Source: Octopus sinensis (Eukaryota). From it: 64,000 nucleotides of DNA. A program made the position numbers and the translations under genes. The notes beneath the pieces were generated by a model that saw only the letters and a program-made list of their open reading frames with translations, ran no database searches and was not told where the DNA came from. The stretch spans positions 36,146,001 to 36,210,000 of the forward strand of contig NC_043004.1 in NCBI RefSeq assembly GCF_006345805.1. The letters are read 5' to 3'. Positions 61,601 through 64,000 of this stretch are shown piece by piece. How positions within the stretch are numbered: the stretch's first letter is position 1; every line of letters begins with the position of its first letter.

Positions 61601-62779
61601 ATCCAAGGGTCCTACCATTTGCTTCCAGTTCTTAAATTGTTGGTCAGTTCCTTGCCTGATATAGTGAGTCATAGCTGTGACATATGGCACAACATGTAAG
61701 TGGCACTATTATACTCCATTACTCCTTCCCTTCATTGTGTTTCTTTAATGTATTTAATATATTTGTTCCATATTTTCTCCCAATGTTTGATCTCAACCAT
61801 CTCCTCCCACCTGATATGTTTTTATTATGTTAATATCTCAGTAAAATCATAGTTATTTGACTCAAATGGCATTATTTTCCCTCTGAGAGATGATCGCAGC
61901 TTTTGGAGTATCTTATTTCTCATGTCATTTGTTGATTTAAAGGTTTTCTCTTGCTTCTCAGATTGTTTTATTGGTGTAAACATTTTTGTTATATAGATTC
62001 TGTTTCTCTACTCCCTGGTTGACATCTTTTTCCCTCTTACATATATTTCACTTTCATTCGTTTGTAGCCGGGACAAATGTTTCCTTTTATCCATGTTCAT
62101 CGATTTTATTTTTTATTCTTTTTATTGCCTTCATTGTTTATGTAACTTTTGGTTCATTGTTAACTGATCGATTGGATGTAGCTTGTGTTTCTTGTACTTA
62201 TTGTTGTTACGCAAGGGATGACTGCGCTTGTACTTTTCTCGTGGCTGTGTTTTTGGTGTAATGTTTCCACAGGGACTTCTAAGATCTTCAGCATTTTGGA
62301 TTTCAGTTCTTTTTGTATTCATTTATTATTTGTTGGATAGATTTTTTTCAATGGTGATAGAAGTGATGGTGGGCGAGCAGTGTTTCCCTTTCCTTTCCTT
62401 TTTTTTTTTCAACTTTGTTACTAGCAGTTTACTTTCCATTTCTCTTTGTTACAAAGCCTTTGATTTACCGATAGATTGCTTTTTAGTTGTCGATTTGGAG
62501 GACTGAAGATATGGTGTGCCTTCAGCCATCCTCTCACCTGTAATAAGTGATACGACCAGCAATTCCATTCAAACGAATTCTTTAAAATCTACTGCTCTAC
62601 TACTCTCAGCTGTTTCCAAACAGAACACCCTCAAATGGCTCTTACTGCTGCAAGTGTAACAACTAGGAATCCTGTTTAACACAACCACAGAACTCTGCTA
62701 TTTTTCAATATATTTCCCTTACTGCTGTTTCCCACACATCTTGTGGTCAATTAGAGAAATAATGGTTCACAGAATTTAA

Positions 62780-63150
62780 ATACAACTGAGGTCAACTTTG
62801 CTTTCATCCTTCTGGGAGCAATAAAATAAAATAACAGTCAAGTACTAGGGTCAACGATATCGACTCACACCCTCCCCTCAAAGTTACTGGTCTTGCTCCT
62901 AAAATAAAATTGATTATAGAGTGATGAGCTAGCAAAGACTTTAGAACTTGGGCAGAATGTTTTACAGCATTCGTTCCAGGTTCCTGCACTCTCAATTCTT
63001 TCCCCAGTCAAATTTGCCTTTTGTCCTTTGAGAGTCAATAAAAGAAAGTAGGAGTCAAATGCTGGAGAAATTCAATCGACAAATGCAAGACCTCCTCCCC
63101 CCCCACTCAGACTTTTGGCATTTCGTCTGTATTAGAAATAATCACTATGA
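62780..63150 (+). mobile_element. Two old tandem family C SINE remnants
   Basis: GAGGTCAACTTTGCTTTCATCC..AGTACTAGGGTC and CAAATTTGCCTTTTGTCCTTTGAGAGTCAATAAA. Confidence 0.55.
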
Positions 63151-63299
63151 TCGCCTCCAACTTTTTATATTTTCTGGGTTATGTCATGTCACAACTCCTT
63201 CCCACAGCCTAGAGCGCAACACTTCCCTCTACATGTGCACCATTCCAAGTATGACCACCCACTGTCTACTTTCAGTGATGTTTCATATTTGCAACTTCT

Positions 63300-63960
63300 G
63301 ATGCCAGGTTTTTGTGTTCCTTGAAATGGATCTGAGTGCACTAATCCCGATTGGTGTCATATTCACTCTTGAGCATCTCTGAATAAGCTGCTCTTCAAAT
63401 GCCAGATTTTGAGACCATTTTGATTTACTCAATCTCTGTGTTCACAATCTTTGGATCTGCAGGTTACCATGTTAATAACAATCCATTCTTTGGACTCTTT
63501 CTATTAGAGAGTGATATTTGGTCCATTATATTGCTGATTTTTCAGTTTTCTGTCTGTGTGGATGTTCGTTCCCACTGAATTTCGCTTGATTATTCACTGT
63601 AGCTGGCAAGTGTTGGTGTATCACACTGTAGCTGGCAAGTGTTGCTTGTATCACATGACGGTACACTCAAGCCTGTACCTGCTCAGTCTATTTCCCAAGG
63701 TACCTACTGTGCAACTTTGTCATGGTGTTTTGCTGAATTCCTTTTGGGTTTGTTTTGCAGTGTACAATTTGAGTTCATTCATACACAAAAGATGTTTGAT
63801 TTGCTTTCTTTTAGCATGTAAATTAGACTGTAGTGATCTTTAAGATGTCTGTATTAGAGAGAAAATGGAATTGGGAGAGGGAATCACCTTGGAAAATTCC
63901 TTCTCTAGTGAAAGTAGATTTGCATTTATAATCTCTTGTTTGAAGCTGAAGAATAGTTTG
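63300..63960 (-). pseudogene. Strongly decayed R4/Dong-like RT fragment
   Basis: Minus strand GIFQGDSLS (63900-63874), KHLLCMNELKLY (decayed YMDD box), RYLG. Confidence 0.65.
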
Positions 63961-64000
63961 CCATTTATTCATGATATTATGTCTCCCAATTGCTGGTGCT

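Noticed and set aside
61600-61690. Possible inverted segment at the end of the R4-like fragment
   Set aside because: The minus-strand similarity to the expected next region is too weak to assert.

Overview
Eukaryotic, AT-rich DNA dominated by repeats. No prokaryotic genes, rRNA, true tRNA genes or CRISPR arrays are supported. The SINE families, compound microsatellites and retroelement mix look like an octopod cephalopod genome (inference from remembered repeat families, not a database hit). The only long real ORF is an uninterrupted but 5'-truncated CR1/L2-group LINE ORF2 (9282-11942, +). The rest is layered mobile DNA: decayed CR1-group, RTE and R4/Dong-like LINE pieces, at least four SINE or SINE-like families, mariner, hAT and piggyBac MITEs, a complete non-autonomous Helitron, and Penelope-like remnants carrying minimal hammerhead-like motifs. 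Four candidate minus-strand exons (39.6, 30.8, 30.5, 17.7 kb) suggest the window lies within introns of a large host gene (low to moderate confidence). Most ORFs in the supplied track are microsatellite translations. The most interesting structures are: an inverted repeat with twin hammerhead-like motifs (53.9-54.6 kb); serial R4/Dong-like insertions in (TAA)n plus a non-coding (TAA)n-bounded element; a LINE/SINE 3' stem-loop with a compensatory base change; a SINE-like family with a variable array of hairpin units; and several fold-back palindromes. I see no firm evidence of a wholly new biological system; these are candidates to check.
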